Positions 1-9,112 of a stretch of DNA of 64,000 nucleotides are shown here, one piece after another. The stretch is from an uncultured SAR116 cluster alpha proteobacterium. Lineage in GTDB: Bacteria > Pseudomonadota > Alphaproteobacteria > Puniceispirillales > Marisalimonadaceae. The stretch covers positions 228 through 64,227 of the forward strand of contig CABXSI010000001.1 of NCBI GenBank assembly GCA_902514865.1. Direction: 5' to 3'. The position numbers and the translations under genes were made by a program. How positions within the stretch are numbered: position 1 is the first letter of the stretch; each line of letters starts with the position of its first letter. The notes under the pieces were generated by a model. It was not told the origin of the DNA, ran no database searches, and worked only from the letters and a program-made list of their open reading frames with translations.

Positions 1-66
1 ATGATAAAATAATAATCCAACAAGTAAATATATATTTTGTTTGTTTTTAAAAAATCCAAAAAAACA

Positions 67-2154
67 TCAATTTAAATTGATCAATCCATCAACTGCAACA
101 ATACCTTGTTTTTTAATTAAAACTGGGTTTATCTCAGCTTCTTTAATTTCTTTTACAAAAGCCAATTGTGAAATATTGACTATTGCTTCGGCTAAACTAT
201 CAATTTCAGTTTTTGGTAGTCCTCTAAAACCATTAAAGATAATAGAGCTTTTCACCTCGCTTGCCATCATCTTTGCTTCTTTAATATCGACAGGGGCTAT
301 TCTTACTGATTTATCATCATAAATTTCTGATAATATACCACCAAATCCAATGACAACAATTGGTCCAACTAATTCATCAACTCGATAACCTAAAATAAAC
401 TCCGCTATGCCAGTTTCCATTTTTTGAATAATAAATCTTCTTTTTTTAGCTTCTATTTTTAATTTTTTAAAAACTTGAAATAATTTATCATATCTAATTT
501 TTAAATCTTCTTCTGAAGTTATATTTAGTTCTACCCCACCTGTGTCTGTTTTATGTTGAATTTCATTAGATAGAATTTTCATAACTAGAGGAAGTCCAAT
601 CTCCTTTCTCAATGCTATAGCTTTTGTTAAATTAGAAACAACGTGAGACTTGACCGCATTAATACCCAATTCGTCGAAAACTTTAAGAGATTCAAACTCA
701 GTTAAATTTTTATTTTTAACACTTTTCAAAATATTTTTGATGTTTTGGAACTTTAAATCATCAATATTATTATCAATTATTTTTGGTGTCTTATAGTTTA
801 AATAAGCTTTAATGCCCTCCGCACATGATTCTGGTGTCCTGAAACTTGCAATGCCATTTTTATGTAGCAATTCCAGAGCTTCTAGAGCGTCTGGTGCCAC
901 ATATACAGCAAGTGGTTTAGAATAGTTTTTCCACTTTAACAAGGGATCAATAGCTTGATCTGGTCTGAACTTAGCTGATGATCCAACTACCATAATTACT
1001 AAATCACAGTTATCGTTATTCATGAATTCTTGGATAACGTCATTAACAACCTCAGGTTTTGTCCCTGCAATTGTCAAGTCAACTAACTTATTATTATCAT
1101 AAGGAATGTTATTTTTTTTCATTACTTTTGATATTAAGGGACCTGGGTCAATTACTTCAATATTTGAGTCTGACAAACTTTCTACTACCATGGCACCACC
1201 CCCACCCGTAGTTGTCGCAATTCCAACTCTTTTGCCTTTCGCAATTACTTTATTTTTAAATAAATTTGGTACTTCTATTAAGGTTTCAAACATATGAACT
1301 CTAGTTATGCCGTTAAATTTAATAAATGCATTAAAAGCTTCATCAGAACCGGCAATTGCACCAGTATGAGATTTTGCAAGCTCTTTACCTAAGTCAGATT
1401 TACCTAGTTTGTAAGTTATAACTGCTTTTCCCGAAGAGTAAGCTAGACGTGCCATTTCAGCAATTTCGTTACTTTTACGCAAAGTTTCTAAAAATAAGAT
1501 TATCGTATCAGTATTGGCGTCATCGACTAACATTTTACCAATTTCACCAACAGACAGATCAGTTTCATTACCAACTGAAATTAATTTAGAAAAACCAATA
1601 CCACGAGAGGAACCATGAGCTAAAAGCGCACCTATCAAACTGCCACTCTGGGATATTACACCTAAACCACCCTTTTTAAGATTTGGTAATTCGAGCATAG
1701 CATTAGCACTTAAAATGACTGAGTCTGAAATATTTATTATCCCAATACTATTTGGACCTAAAATTCTTAAATTTCCTTTTTGGGCAATATCTAAAATTTT
1801 ATTTTCTAAGTTTGCTCCTTCAAAACCAGCTTCGCCAAAACCTCCGGATAAAATAGTTGCACATTTTACTCCTATTAAAATAGCATCATTAATCGAAGCA
1901 ATGATTTTATCTCCATCAACTGCAATAAAAATATGATCAACTTTTTCTTCAATTTTCTTTAAATTTGAATAACATTTTATGCCAAAAATATTATCTCTAT
2001 TTGGATTAACTGGAAATATTTTACCCTTGTAACCGTGAGCAACTAAAAACCTTTGTATTCTCGATCCAGTTTTTTTTGGATCTGCAGATGCTCCTATTAT
2101 TGCAATAGATTTAGGTTTCAAAAAAGCTTGAGTTAAATGAGTATCCATCATCAT
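67..2154 (-). CDS. Acetate--CoA ligase family (ADP-forming acyl-CoA synthetase): CoA-binding + ligase + ATP-grasp domains
   Basis: N-terminal PKSIAIIGAS...YKGKIFPVNP CoA-binding fold, RILGPNSIG, SQSG, phospho-His motif SHTGAIAG, C-terminal ATP-grasp (HKTDTGGV, EAEINP). Confidence 0.9.
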   Translation of the reverse strand: MMMDTHLTQAFLKPKSIAIIGASADPKKTGSRIQRFLVAHGYKGKIFPVNPNRDNIFGIKCYSNLKKIEEKVDHIFIAVDGDKIIASINDAILIGVKCATILSGGFGEAGFEGANLENKILDIAQKGNLRILGPNSIGIINISDSVILSANAMLELPNLKKGGLGVISQSGSLIGALLAHGSSRGIGFSKLISVGNETDLSVGEIGKMLVDDANTDTIILFLETLRKSNEIAEMARLAYSSGKAVITYKLGKSDLGKELAKSHTGAIAGSDEAFNAFIKFNGITRVHMFETLIEVPNLFKNKVIAKGKRVGIATTTGGGGAMVVESLSDSNIEVIDPGPLISKVMKKNNIPYDNNKLVDLTIAGTKPEVVNDVIQEFMNNDNCDLVIMVVGSSAKFRPDQAIDPLLKWKNYSKPLAVYVAPDALEALELLHKNGIASFRTPESCAEGIKAYLNYKTPKIIDNNIDDLKFQNIKNILKSVKNKNLTEFESLKVFDELGINAVKSHVVSNLTKAIALRKEIGLPLVMKILSNEIQHKTDTGGVELNITSEEDLKIRYDKLFQVFKKLKIEAKKRRFIIQKMETGIAEFILGYRVDELVGPIVVIGFGGILSEIYDDKSVRIAPVDIKEAKMMASEVKSSIIFNGFRGLPKTEIDSLAEAIVNISQLAFVKEIKEAEINPVLIKKQGIVAVDGLINLN

Positions 2155-2159
2155 TAAAT

Positions 2160-3311
2160 TTATTTATTTGGTCTTTGAGAAAATCTACGTTCAAATATAT
2201 CTTCAGCTATTCTGTTCTTCATCATTTCAGTTGATCCCCCCGCAATTTGCCATCCTCTAGATTTTCTAAAACAATATTCAACAAGCGACTCTTGTGAATA
2301 ACCAGTTCCTCCCATTACTTGCATTGCTTCATTGCAAATATCAAATCCTGCTTTATTACAAAATGCTTTTGCAATTGATGTTTCTTTAGATGATGGAAAG
2401 CCCGTGTCGGCATTAATTGCAGCTCTATATAACAATAACCTTCCAGCTTCTATTTTGATTTTCATATCTGAAAACTTCCATTGAATACCTTGGAATTCGC
2501 ATATTTTTCTTCCAAATTGTTCTCTTGTAAGAGCGTATTCTCTAGCGACATTATAAGCAAACTCACCTACAGCTAATGATCTTGCTGTATTTCCTATTCT
2601 CTCAGCATTAAAGCCCGCAATCTGTTTTTTAAAACCGCCAGGTCCCAATAGTACATTTTCTTTGGGAACATAAACATTATCAAAGTAAAGAGCACACCAT
2701 TCTTCTCCATTTGTATATTTTGAAGATTTGCCTTTTGAAAAACCTTCCATTGAAGTGTCCATGAGCACAGATCCTATTCCATTTATTCCCTCATGATATC
2801 TAACATATATTAAGAAAATATCAGCATCCGGTGAATTACTTGTAAAAACTTTGCTTCCCGAAACTCTAAATCCATCTCCATCCTCGATAGCTTTTGTTGT
2901 TAGATCGGTTACAGCTGATCCAGCATTTGGCTCAGTCATTCCTAAACCAATAACTATTTCTCCATTTAATAATTGGCTTAGATATTTTTCTTTTTGAAAT
3001 TCTGTTGCGTACTCAGCAAAAGTTCTAATAGGACCAAAACTTCCTGACTGAATTACATCTGCACTTCTTGGACAGACTAGTGCTACTTGTTCGATAGCAA
3101 GAACTGCATCCATTAATTTTCCGCCTTGACCCCCATCTTTCTCATGAAGTGTTATTCCCATCAAACCATTTTTTGCAAATAGTTTTGCTATATCTTTCGG
3201 AAACAACGGATCATGAGCTCTTTGAAGGCTATCTTTGCTTAAATGTCTTTCTGCAAGACTTCTTACTGAGTTTTGAAAGTTTATTTGTTCTTCTGATAAA
3301 TTAAAATCCAT
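2160..3311 (-). CDS. Acyl-CoA dehydrogenase family protein
   Basis: MTEPNAGS FAD motif, REQFGRKICEFQGIQW, QVMGGTGY; 5-nt gap to the downstream ligase. Confidence 0.93.
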   Translation of the reverse strand: MDFNLSEEQINFQNSVRSLAERHLSKDSLQRAHDPLFPKDIAKLFAKNGLMGITLHEKDGGQGGKLMDAVLAIEQVALVCPRSADVIQSGSFGPIRTFAEYATEFQKEKYLSQLLNGEIVIGLGMTEPNAGSAVTDLTTKAIEDGDGFRVSGSKVFTSNSPDADIFLIYVRYHEGINGIGSVLMDTSMEGFSKGKSSKYTNGEEWCALYFDNVYVPKENVLLGPGGFKKQIAGFNAERIGNTARSLAVGEFAYNVAREYALTREQFGRKICEFQGIQWKFSDMKIKIEAGRLLLYRAAINADTGFPSSKETSIAKAFCNKAGFDICNEAMQVMGGTGYSQESLVEYCFRKSRGWQIAGGSTEMMKNRIAEDIFERRFSQRPNK

Positions 3312-3365
3312 TAATCATCCTATTTTTTATCTTGAGAGATTTTACTTTTTATCAAAAAAAAAAAT

Positions 3366-4760
3366 TTATTTCTCAAGAAAGTTACGTATTTCCTCTTTAA
3401 ATAAGTTCCACCCTTCTTCTGTTTCTAATAAAATATGATTTTTACTTTTAATGGAAACAAATTTACTATTTTCAATATTAGCCGCAAGAAATTTACCTTC
3501 TGAAATTGGAACCCTCGCGTCATCAGTACAATGAAAGATAATAGTAGGAACTGTTAATTTAGATAATATTTTAGTTACATTTATTTGATCATTTGCATTT
3601 GTAATTTTTGCTGCATTTTTTGCAGATGTTGTAATTTTCATTATTTTATTAAATGAGTCCATTTGTTCTTTTGAACCCTCCGGAATCATAGATGTAGTAA
3701 AAAATTGTCTAAAAGCGGGATTTTCATCTTCCCAACCACTTAAAATCATTGTCTGTTCCATTTTGCTTTTTGATTCATATTTAGGGTCATTTCTTTGTCC
3801 TTTCCCTCTCGCAAAACCTCCAAACAAAATTAGATGTGAAACTTTATCTGGATTTTTGATAGCATAAGCTATAGAGACTGCACATCCTTGTGAAACACCT
3901 AAAATTGGAAATTTTTCAATTTTAGAATCATTAACTACTGCTTCCATATCATCAACAAAGCTATCGAAAGATATTTCTGATGGATCTAGTTCAGAAGAAC
4001 CATTCCCCCTTTGATCAAACCTGACTAAAGTATGTTTTTCTGCTAAAAATCTATACATATGTTTCCAAATTGGACTTCGCCAATCATGTTCAAGGCTACT
4101 CATAAAATTAGGAGCTTTTAACAAAGGAGGCCCATTGCCAACTTTTGCGTAGGCGATAATTGTATTATCTTTCGAACTACAATATCTAATTTCTTGATCA
4201 CTCTCTGTTAAGATATCTGAGTTAGAATAGAGATTTTTTTTATTGCCATTAACTAAAATTTTATAAACTTCTATTTTTTGGCTAATATTTTTTAAGTACT
4301 GATCACCTATGTACTCAATTTCATCTATTTCTAAATTTTTTATATTTTTAAAAATATCATGCGTTATCGATATTCCACCTGGGTCTGCAATTGACTCTAA
4401 TCTACTAGCAATATTTACACTGTTGCCAAAAATATCGTCTTCATCAATTACAACATCTCCTATGTTAATTCCAAATCTATACCATATCCTTTCGTCATTA
4501 TTAAACATACTTTCTAATTCGTTAATTTTACTTTGTATTATTAAACTACTTTCAACAGCGCTCATTGAGCTTTCAAACGTCGCTAAAAAACCGTCACCAG
4601 TTGTTTTGATGATCCTACCTGTATATTTGTCAACAGTCGGTTTAATTATTTCTATGAAGTGTTTCTTTTGACGTTTTAAAATTTCGATTTCATTACTCTC
4701 TACTAATCGAGAAAAGCCAACCATATCAGCAGCAACTATAGCTAGTAATTTTCTTTCCAT
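3366..4760 (-). CDS. Class III adenylate/guanylate cyclase fused to a C-terminal alpha/beta hydrolase
   Basis: AIVAADMVGFS, IIKTTGDG, DIFGNSVNIASRLE cyclase motifs; C-terminal RFDQRGNG, GVSQG nucleophile elbow, DDARVP, NHIL. Confidence 0.88.
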   Translation of the reverse strand: MERKLLAIVAADMVGFSRLVESNEIEILKRQKKHFIEIIKPTVDKYTGRIIKTTGDGFLATFESSMSAVESSLIIQSKINELESMFNNDERIWYRFGINIGDVVIDEDDIFGNSVNIASRLESIADPGGISITHDIFKNIKNLEIDEIEYIGDQYLKNISQKIEVYKILVNGNKKNLYSNSDILTESDQEIRYCSSKDNTIIAYAKVGNGPPLLKAPNFMSSLEHDWRSPIWKHMYRFLAEKHTLVRFDQRGNGSSELDPSEISFDSFVDDMEAVVNDSKIEKFPILGVSQGCAVSIAYAIKNPDKVSHLILFGGFARGKGQRNDPKYESKSKMEQTMILSGWEDENPAFRQFFTTSMIPEGSKEQMDSFNKIMKITTSAKNAAKITNANDQINVTKILSKLTVPTIIFHCTDDARVPISEGKFLAANIENSKFVSIKSKNHILLETEEGWNLFKEEIRNFLEK

Positions 4761-4861
4761 ACTAGTACCTACTTAATAAAAACACTTAATTTTTTTATTT
4801 AACTATCATTATCTATTACAATAATATATTAGCAAAATTTAATTAGTAATGTTAATATGTA

Positions 4862-4944
4862 TATGCCAGGGGAGCAAGGTTATCTTGCTGAGAATTAAAC
4901 CCTTATAACCTGATCTGATTAAAACCAGCGGAGGGAGAAGCATA
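4862..4944 (+). ncRNA. TPP riboswitch aptamer (THI element)
   Basis: GGGGAGC...GCTGAGA...ACCC...AACCTGATCTG...CCAGCGGAGGGA consensus; P3 AGCAAG/CTTGCT; closing TATGC/GCATA; directly upstream of thiM-thiE. Confidence 0.95.
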
Positions 4945-5069
4945 AAAAGAATTCTAAAAATCTAAGCAATTAATATCTTAAAAATACAATTTTAGGTTTC
5001 TAGAAAAGTATTTGATATATCATAAAATTAAATGAGTTATGAAAAAATCTTTCAACCAAAGGATAAATA

Positions 5070-5888
5070 ATGAATAAAGAAATATCTATTAAAACAGCTA
5101 ATTTACTTGAAGATATTAGAAAAAAAGCTCCATTAATATGGAATTTTTCAAATTTTGTTTCTATGGATATAGCTGCAAATGCTTTATTAGCCATTGGAGC
5201 ATCACCAGCTATGGCTCATGCAAAAGAAGAAGCAAATGATTTTAGTCAAATTTGTAAAGCAATTAATGGCGCATTGACAATTAATATTGGTACCTTTGAT
5301 CCGTATTGGCAGGAATGTGCACTAGAGGCATCAAGTTTGGCGAATAAAAATAATGTTCCTTGGATTCTAGATCCTGTAGGTGCGGGAGCAAGCAGTTTCA
5401 GAAACAAAAATGTAGAAGAATTAATGAAATTTAAACCAACTGTTCTAAGAGGAAATGGTTCGGAAATAATGGCTGTTTCTGGTATAGCTGGGGGAGGAAA
5501 AGGAGTAGATTCAACCTCTTCATCTAATGAAGCTCTTGACGCAGCAAAATCCATTGCAAATGAAAATAACATTATAGTGGCTGTAACCGGTAAAACTGAT
5601 TTTGTTACAGATGGCAAAACAATATATGCTATAACAGGCGGTCATGAAATAATGACTAAAGTGACTGCTACTGGATGTGCTCTTTCATGTTTGATAGGAG
5701 CAGCCATTGCAGTTGGCGAAGATAAACTTCTTTCAACAGCTTCTATTATTTCGATTTATGGGCTAGCAGGTGAAATGGCTGCTAAAGTTGCAAAAGGACC
5801 AGGTAGTTTGAGAATGCATTTATTAGATAATTTGGCTAATTTATCAGCAAGTCAAGTTTTAGAAAACGCTAATATTGAAAATGTCTGA
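5070..5888 (+). CDS. thiM: Hydroxyethylthiazole kinase
   Basis: ANALLAIGASPAMA, INIGT, LDPVGAGAS, RGNGSEI, TATGCALS catalytic Cys motif; downstream of a TPP riboswitch. Confidence 0.93.
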   Translation: MNKEISIKTANLLEDIRKKAPLIWNFSNFVSMDIAANALLAIGASPAMAHAKEEANDFSQICKAINGALTINIGTFDPYWQECALEASSLANKNNVPWILDPVGAGASSFRNKNVEELMKFKPTVLRGNGSEIMAVSGIAGGGKGVDSTSSSNEALDAAKSIANENNIIVAVTGKTDFVTDGKTIYAITGGHEIMTKVTATGCALSCLIGAAIAVGEDKLLSTASIISIYGLAGEMAAKVAKGPGSLRMHLLDNLANLSASQVLENANIENV

Positions 5889-6537
5889 TTATAGTACCTA
5901 TTTTGTTGCAGGACCTGAAAATATTTTATCAAACCACCAAATAGGTAATGAAAATAAAGAACAGACCTTAGTCAGAATAGTTAAAGAACTAGCCATGAAT
6001 GGACTTAATGTTTTTCAATTAAGAGCTAAAAATCTAGATGATAATAAAATTATTACATTATTGAAGAATCTTAAATACGCTTTAAATGATACGAATACAA
6101 AGCTTTGTATTAACGATAATGTAAATGTTGCATCTGAAGTTGGCGATTTAATTGATATTCTCCATCTCGGACAATCAGATATGCACCCTGATAAAGCTAA
6201 AAGTATTATTGATCATAAAATTGAAATAGGATTATCAATTACAAATGAACATCAAATAAATGATATTCCAGATTGTGTAAAATATATTGGTGTAGGACCT
6301 ATATACAAAACAAACTCAAAAAATGATGCATCTAAACCACTGGGAGAAAATGGTCTAAAGGATATAATTTTGAAGACTAACATTCCAGTAGTTGCTATAG
6401 GGGGGATCGCAACTTCTAAAGTTGGTAAATTATTTGATTTGGGAGTGTCTGGAGTAGCTGTTATTTCGAATATATTAAATCACGAAAATCATTTACAAAA
6501 TTTCCGTTTACTAAAAAACGAAATATATAAGGATTAG
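5881..6537 (+). CDS. thiE: Thiamine-phosphate synthase
   Basis: QLRAK, INDN, LHLGQSD, GLS, GVGPIYKTNSK, VAIGGI, GVAVIS; ATG 5881 overlaps the thiM end. Confidence 0.92.
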   Translation: MSDYSTYFVAGPENILSNHQIGNENKEQTLVRIVKELAMNGLNVFQLRAKNLDDNKIITLLKNLKYALNDTNTKLCINDNVNVASEVGDLIDILHLGQSDMHPDKAKSIIDHKIEIGLSITNEHQINDIPDCVKYIGVGPIYKTNSKNDASKPLGENGLKDIILKTNIPVVAIGGIATSKVGKLFDLGVSGVAVISNILNHENHLQNFRLLKNEIYKD

Positions 6538-6541
6538 ACTT

Positions 6542-7384
6542 TTGAATATTCTAATTACAGGTGGTACTAGTGGTCTTGGATATAGAACAGCTTATATCTT
6601 GGCTCATGAAAGTAAAAATAAAATTATATTAATAGGCAGTAATAATAAAAAAGGTCAGCAAGCTATTAAAAGATTAATCTACGAAACTAAAAATAAAAAT
6701 CTTAGATTTATAAAAACTGACCTTTCATCCATTAACGAAATTAAATTACTTGCTAAAGATTTAATCAAAGAAAAAATTGACGTTTTAATAAATAATGCTG
6801 GTGCACTATTTTATTCACGAAATGAAAGTATAGACCAAATAGAAAAAACGTTTGCTCTTAACCATTTATCATATTTTGCTCTGACTAACTTATTATTAAA
6901 ATATAAAGTTATAAAAAATGGTGGTAGAATAATCAATGTTGCAAGCGGTGCTCATAGAGGAACAGACATAGACTTCAATGATCTTGAAATGTCGAACAAC
7001 TACAATGGTTGGAAATGTTATAAAAAATCAAAGTTATGTAATATTCTTTTTACAAAAAAATTAAGTGACTTGACCTCTAAAAATAATATTACGGTTAATT
7101 GCCTTCATCCAGGGTTTGTCAAAACTGAATTTGGTAAAAATAACAAGGGTGTTATTAGTTTAGCAATTAAACTTTTGATGAATTTTTTTGCTATAACAGT
7201 TGAAGAAGGAGCAAAAACAATTATTCATTTAGCCAATAGTGAAGATGTAAAGGATATAACAGGCAAATACTATTATAAAAGCCAAATTAAACAACCCTCT
7301 CAATATGCAGAAAATAAAAGTTCAGCTGATCAATTATGGAATAAGTCTATTGAAATGCTGAAAAACAAAGGTTTGACACTTTAA
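6542..7384 (+). CDS. Short-chain dehydrogenase/reductase (retinol-DH/WWOX-like subfamily)
   Basis: ITGGTSGLG, LINNAG, FALNHL, YKKSK catalytic YxxxK, CLHPGFVKT. Confidence 0.88.
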   Translation: MNILITGGTSGLGYRTAYILAHESKNKIILIGSNNKKGQQAIKRLIYETKNKNLRFIKTDLSSINEIKLLAKDLIKEKIDVLINNAGALFYSRNESIDQIEKTFALNHLSYFALTNLLLKYKVIKNGGRIINVASGAHRGTDIDFNDLEMSNNYNGWKCYKKSKLCNILFTKKLSDLTSKNNITVNCLHPGFVKTEFGKNNKGVISLAIKLLMNFFAITVEEGAKTIIHLANSEDVKDITGKYYYKSQIKQPSQYAENKSSADQLWNKSIEMLKNKGLTL

Positions 7385-7408
7385 ACAAAATACTGCACAG
7401 GTTAGCTT

Positions 7409-8650
7409 ATGAATAATTATAAGTCTTCTCTGATCACACCTGTTTTATTAGCGGGTTCACTAATTATTATAATCACTTTTGGAATCAGAGGTAGTTTTGG
7501 TGTATTTCAAATACCAATAGAAAATGAATTTCAGTGGTTAAGAGTTGAATTTTCTTTAGCTATCGCTATTCAAAATCTTGGATGGGGAATTGGCGCTCCA
7601 ATATTTGGTGCATTAGGGGAAAAATTTGGCGATAAAAAAATGATTTTAGCTGGTGCATTTTGTTACGTTATTGGTCTAGGTCTCTCTACATATGCACAAA
7701 ATCCATTAACTCATCAATTCTTAGAACTTATCATTGGCTTTGGTATAGCTGGTACTGGCCTTGGTATGATATTGGCAGTAGTAGGAAGGGCTTCAAGCGA
7801 AAAAAATAGATCTATGGCTTTAGGCATAGTAACCGCAGCTGGGTCTTTTGGTCAAATGTTTGGCGCTCCAATTGCACAAGCTCTTCTTAATTTCTATAGT
7901 TGGCAACAAGTTTTTATTATTTTTGCGTTAACTATAATTTTAGTGATGTCGGTGGTTCCCTTCCTTAAAGACGAACCTATAGTGAGAAAAGAAGAAGTAG
8001 AGATAAGTCTAACAAAAGTATTAAGTAATGCATTTAAAGATCCAACTTTCTCAATGATATTTTTTGGATTTTTTGCATGTGGATATCAACTAGCTTTTTT
8101 AACCGCGCATTTTCCCGCAATGGTTACTGAAATGTGTAGTGCAATAACACCTTCTAGTTCATTACATTTTATAAGGGTGTCAACAACATCGAGTTTAGGC
8201 GCGTTGGCTATAGGTTTGATAGCATTCAGCAATATTTTTGGAACCATATATGCTGGCTGGTTAGGTCAAAAATTTCCAAAAAAGTATTTATTAGCGGGCG
8301 TATACGCTCTACGAGCATTAATTGGTTTAATTTTTATATTACTTCCAATTACACCCGTAACAGTAATATTATTCTCACTTTTCATGGGATCACTGTGGTT
8401 GGCAACAGTTCCATTAACTAGTGGTTTGATCGCACATATTTATGGATTACGCTATATGGGAACGCTCTATGGACTTGTGTTTTTTTCTCACCAAATAGGC
8501 AGTTTTCTTGGTGTTTGGATGGGTGGGAGGCTTTATGACGCTACAGGCGATTATACTCTTGTGTGGTGGATTGGAATTGGAGTATCTGTTTTTTCTACAT
8601 TAATACATATACCAATAAAAGAACAAAGGCTACAAACAGCCCAAAGTTGA
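7409..8650 (+). CDS. MFS transporter
   Basis: About 12 hydrophobic segments; GALGEKFGDK motif-A-like; WLATVPLTSGL, HQIGSFLG typical of alphaproteobacterial MFS proteins. Confidence 0.88.
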   Translation: MNNYKSSLITPVLLAGSLIIIITFGIRGSFGVFQIPIENEFQWLRVEFSLAIAIQNLGWGIGAPIFGALGEKFGDKKMILAGAFCYVIGLGLSTYAQNPLTHQFLELIIGFGIAGTGLGMILAVVGRASSEKNRSMALGIVTAAGSFGQMFGAPIAQALLNFYSWQQVFIIFALTIILVMSVVPFLKDEPIVRKEEVEISLTKVLSNAFKDPTFSMIFFGFFACGYQLAFLTAHFPAMVTEMCSAITPSSSLHFIRVSTTSSLGALAIGLIAFSNIFGTIYAGWLGQKFPKKYLLAGVYALRALIGLIFILLPITPVTVILFSLFMGSLWLATVPLTSGLIAHIYGLRYMGTLYGLVFFSHQIGSFLGVWMGGRLYDATGDYTLVWWIGIGVSVFSTLIHIPIKEQRLQTAQS

Positions 8651-8846
8651 ATAAATGTTAACTTGCCCTACTCCTGCCACATTCATTCCTGATTAGGGTC
8701 AATTATGTTATAATTATGTTCAATGTTTCCATTTTAGAAATAATCATTTTCCATTTACCTATGTTCTCTTTCTAATGTGTTTGAAGTATATAATAAAAAA
8801 CGAAGGAATAATCCTTCTTATTTTTTAGAAAGATAAATTTAAGACA

Positions 8847-9101
8847 ATGGAAAATATATTTTTAACTAAACTAAACAAATTTATTACAACAGTATTTGAA
8901 AAGATTGCTATCTCAAGAACTAGAGAAGCTTTAATTAGCCTAGATGACCGTACATTAGCAGATATTGGATACACAAGACAGCAGGTATTAAATGGTGATT
9001 TTTACAACATTACAGATGTTGTTGATTTCCCGGCAGATAACTTAGGTTTAAATAAAACTATTAAACAAGATAACAAAATTGACGATAAAGTAGCTGCATA
9101 A
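8847..9101 (+). CDS. DUF1127 small protein (YjiS/CcaF1-like)
   Basis: RTREALISLDDRTLADIGYTRQQV matches the DUF1127 core (R..R..L..L.D..L.DIG..R..I). Confidence 0.85.
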   Translation: MENIFLTKLNKFITTVFEKIAISRTREALISLDDRTLADIGYTRQQVLNGDFYNITDVVDFPADNLGLNKTIKQDNKIDDKVAA

Positions 9102-9112
9102 AGATTTTAAAG

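Noticed and set aside
1-67. Possible next gene starting at the ATG overlapping the ligase stop on the minus strand
   Set aside because: That frame stops after six codons; other frames are too short to call.
3354-3364. A11 homopolymer as a phase-variation tract
   Set aside because: Intergenic and not within an identifiable promoter; long A/T runs are frequent throughout the window.
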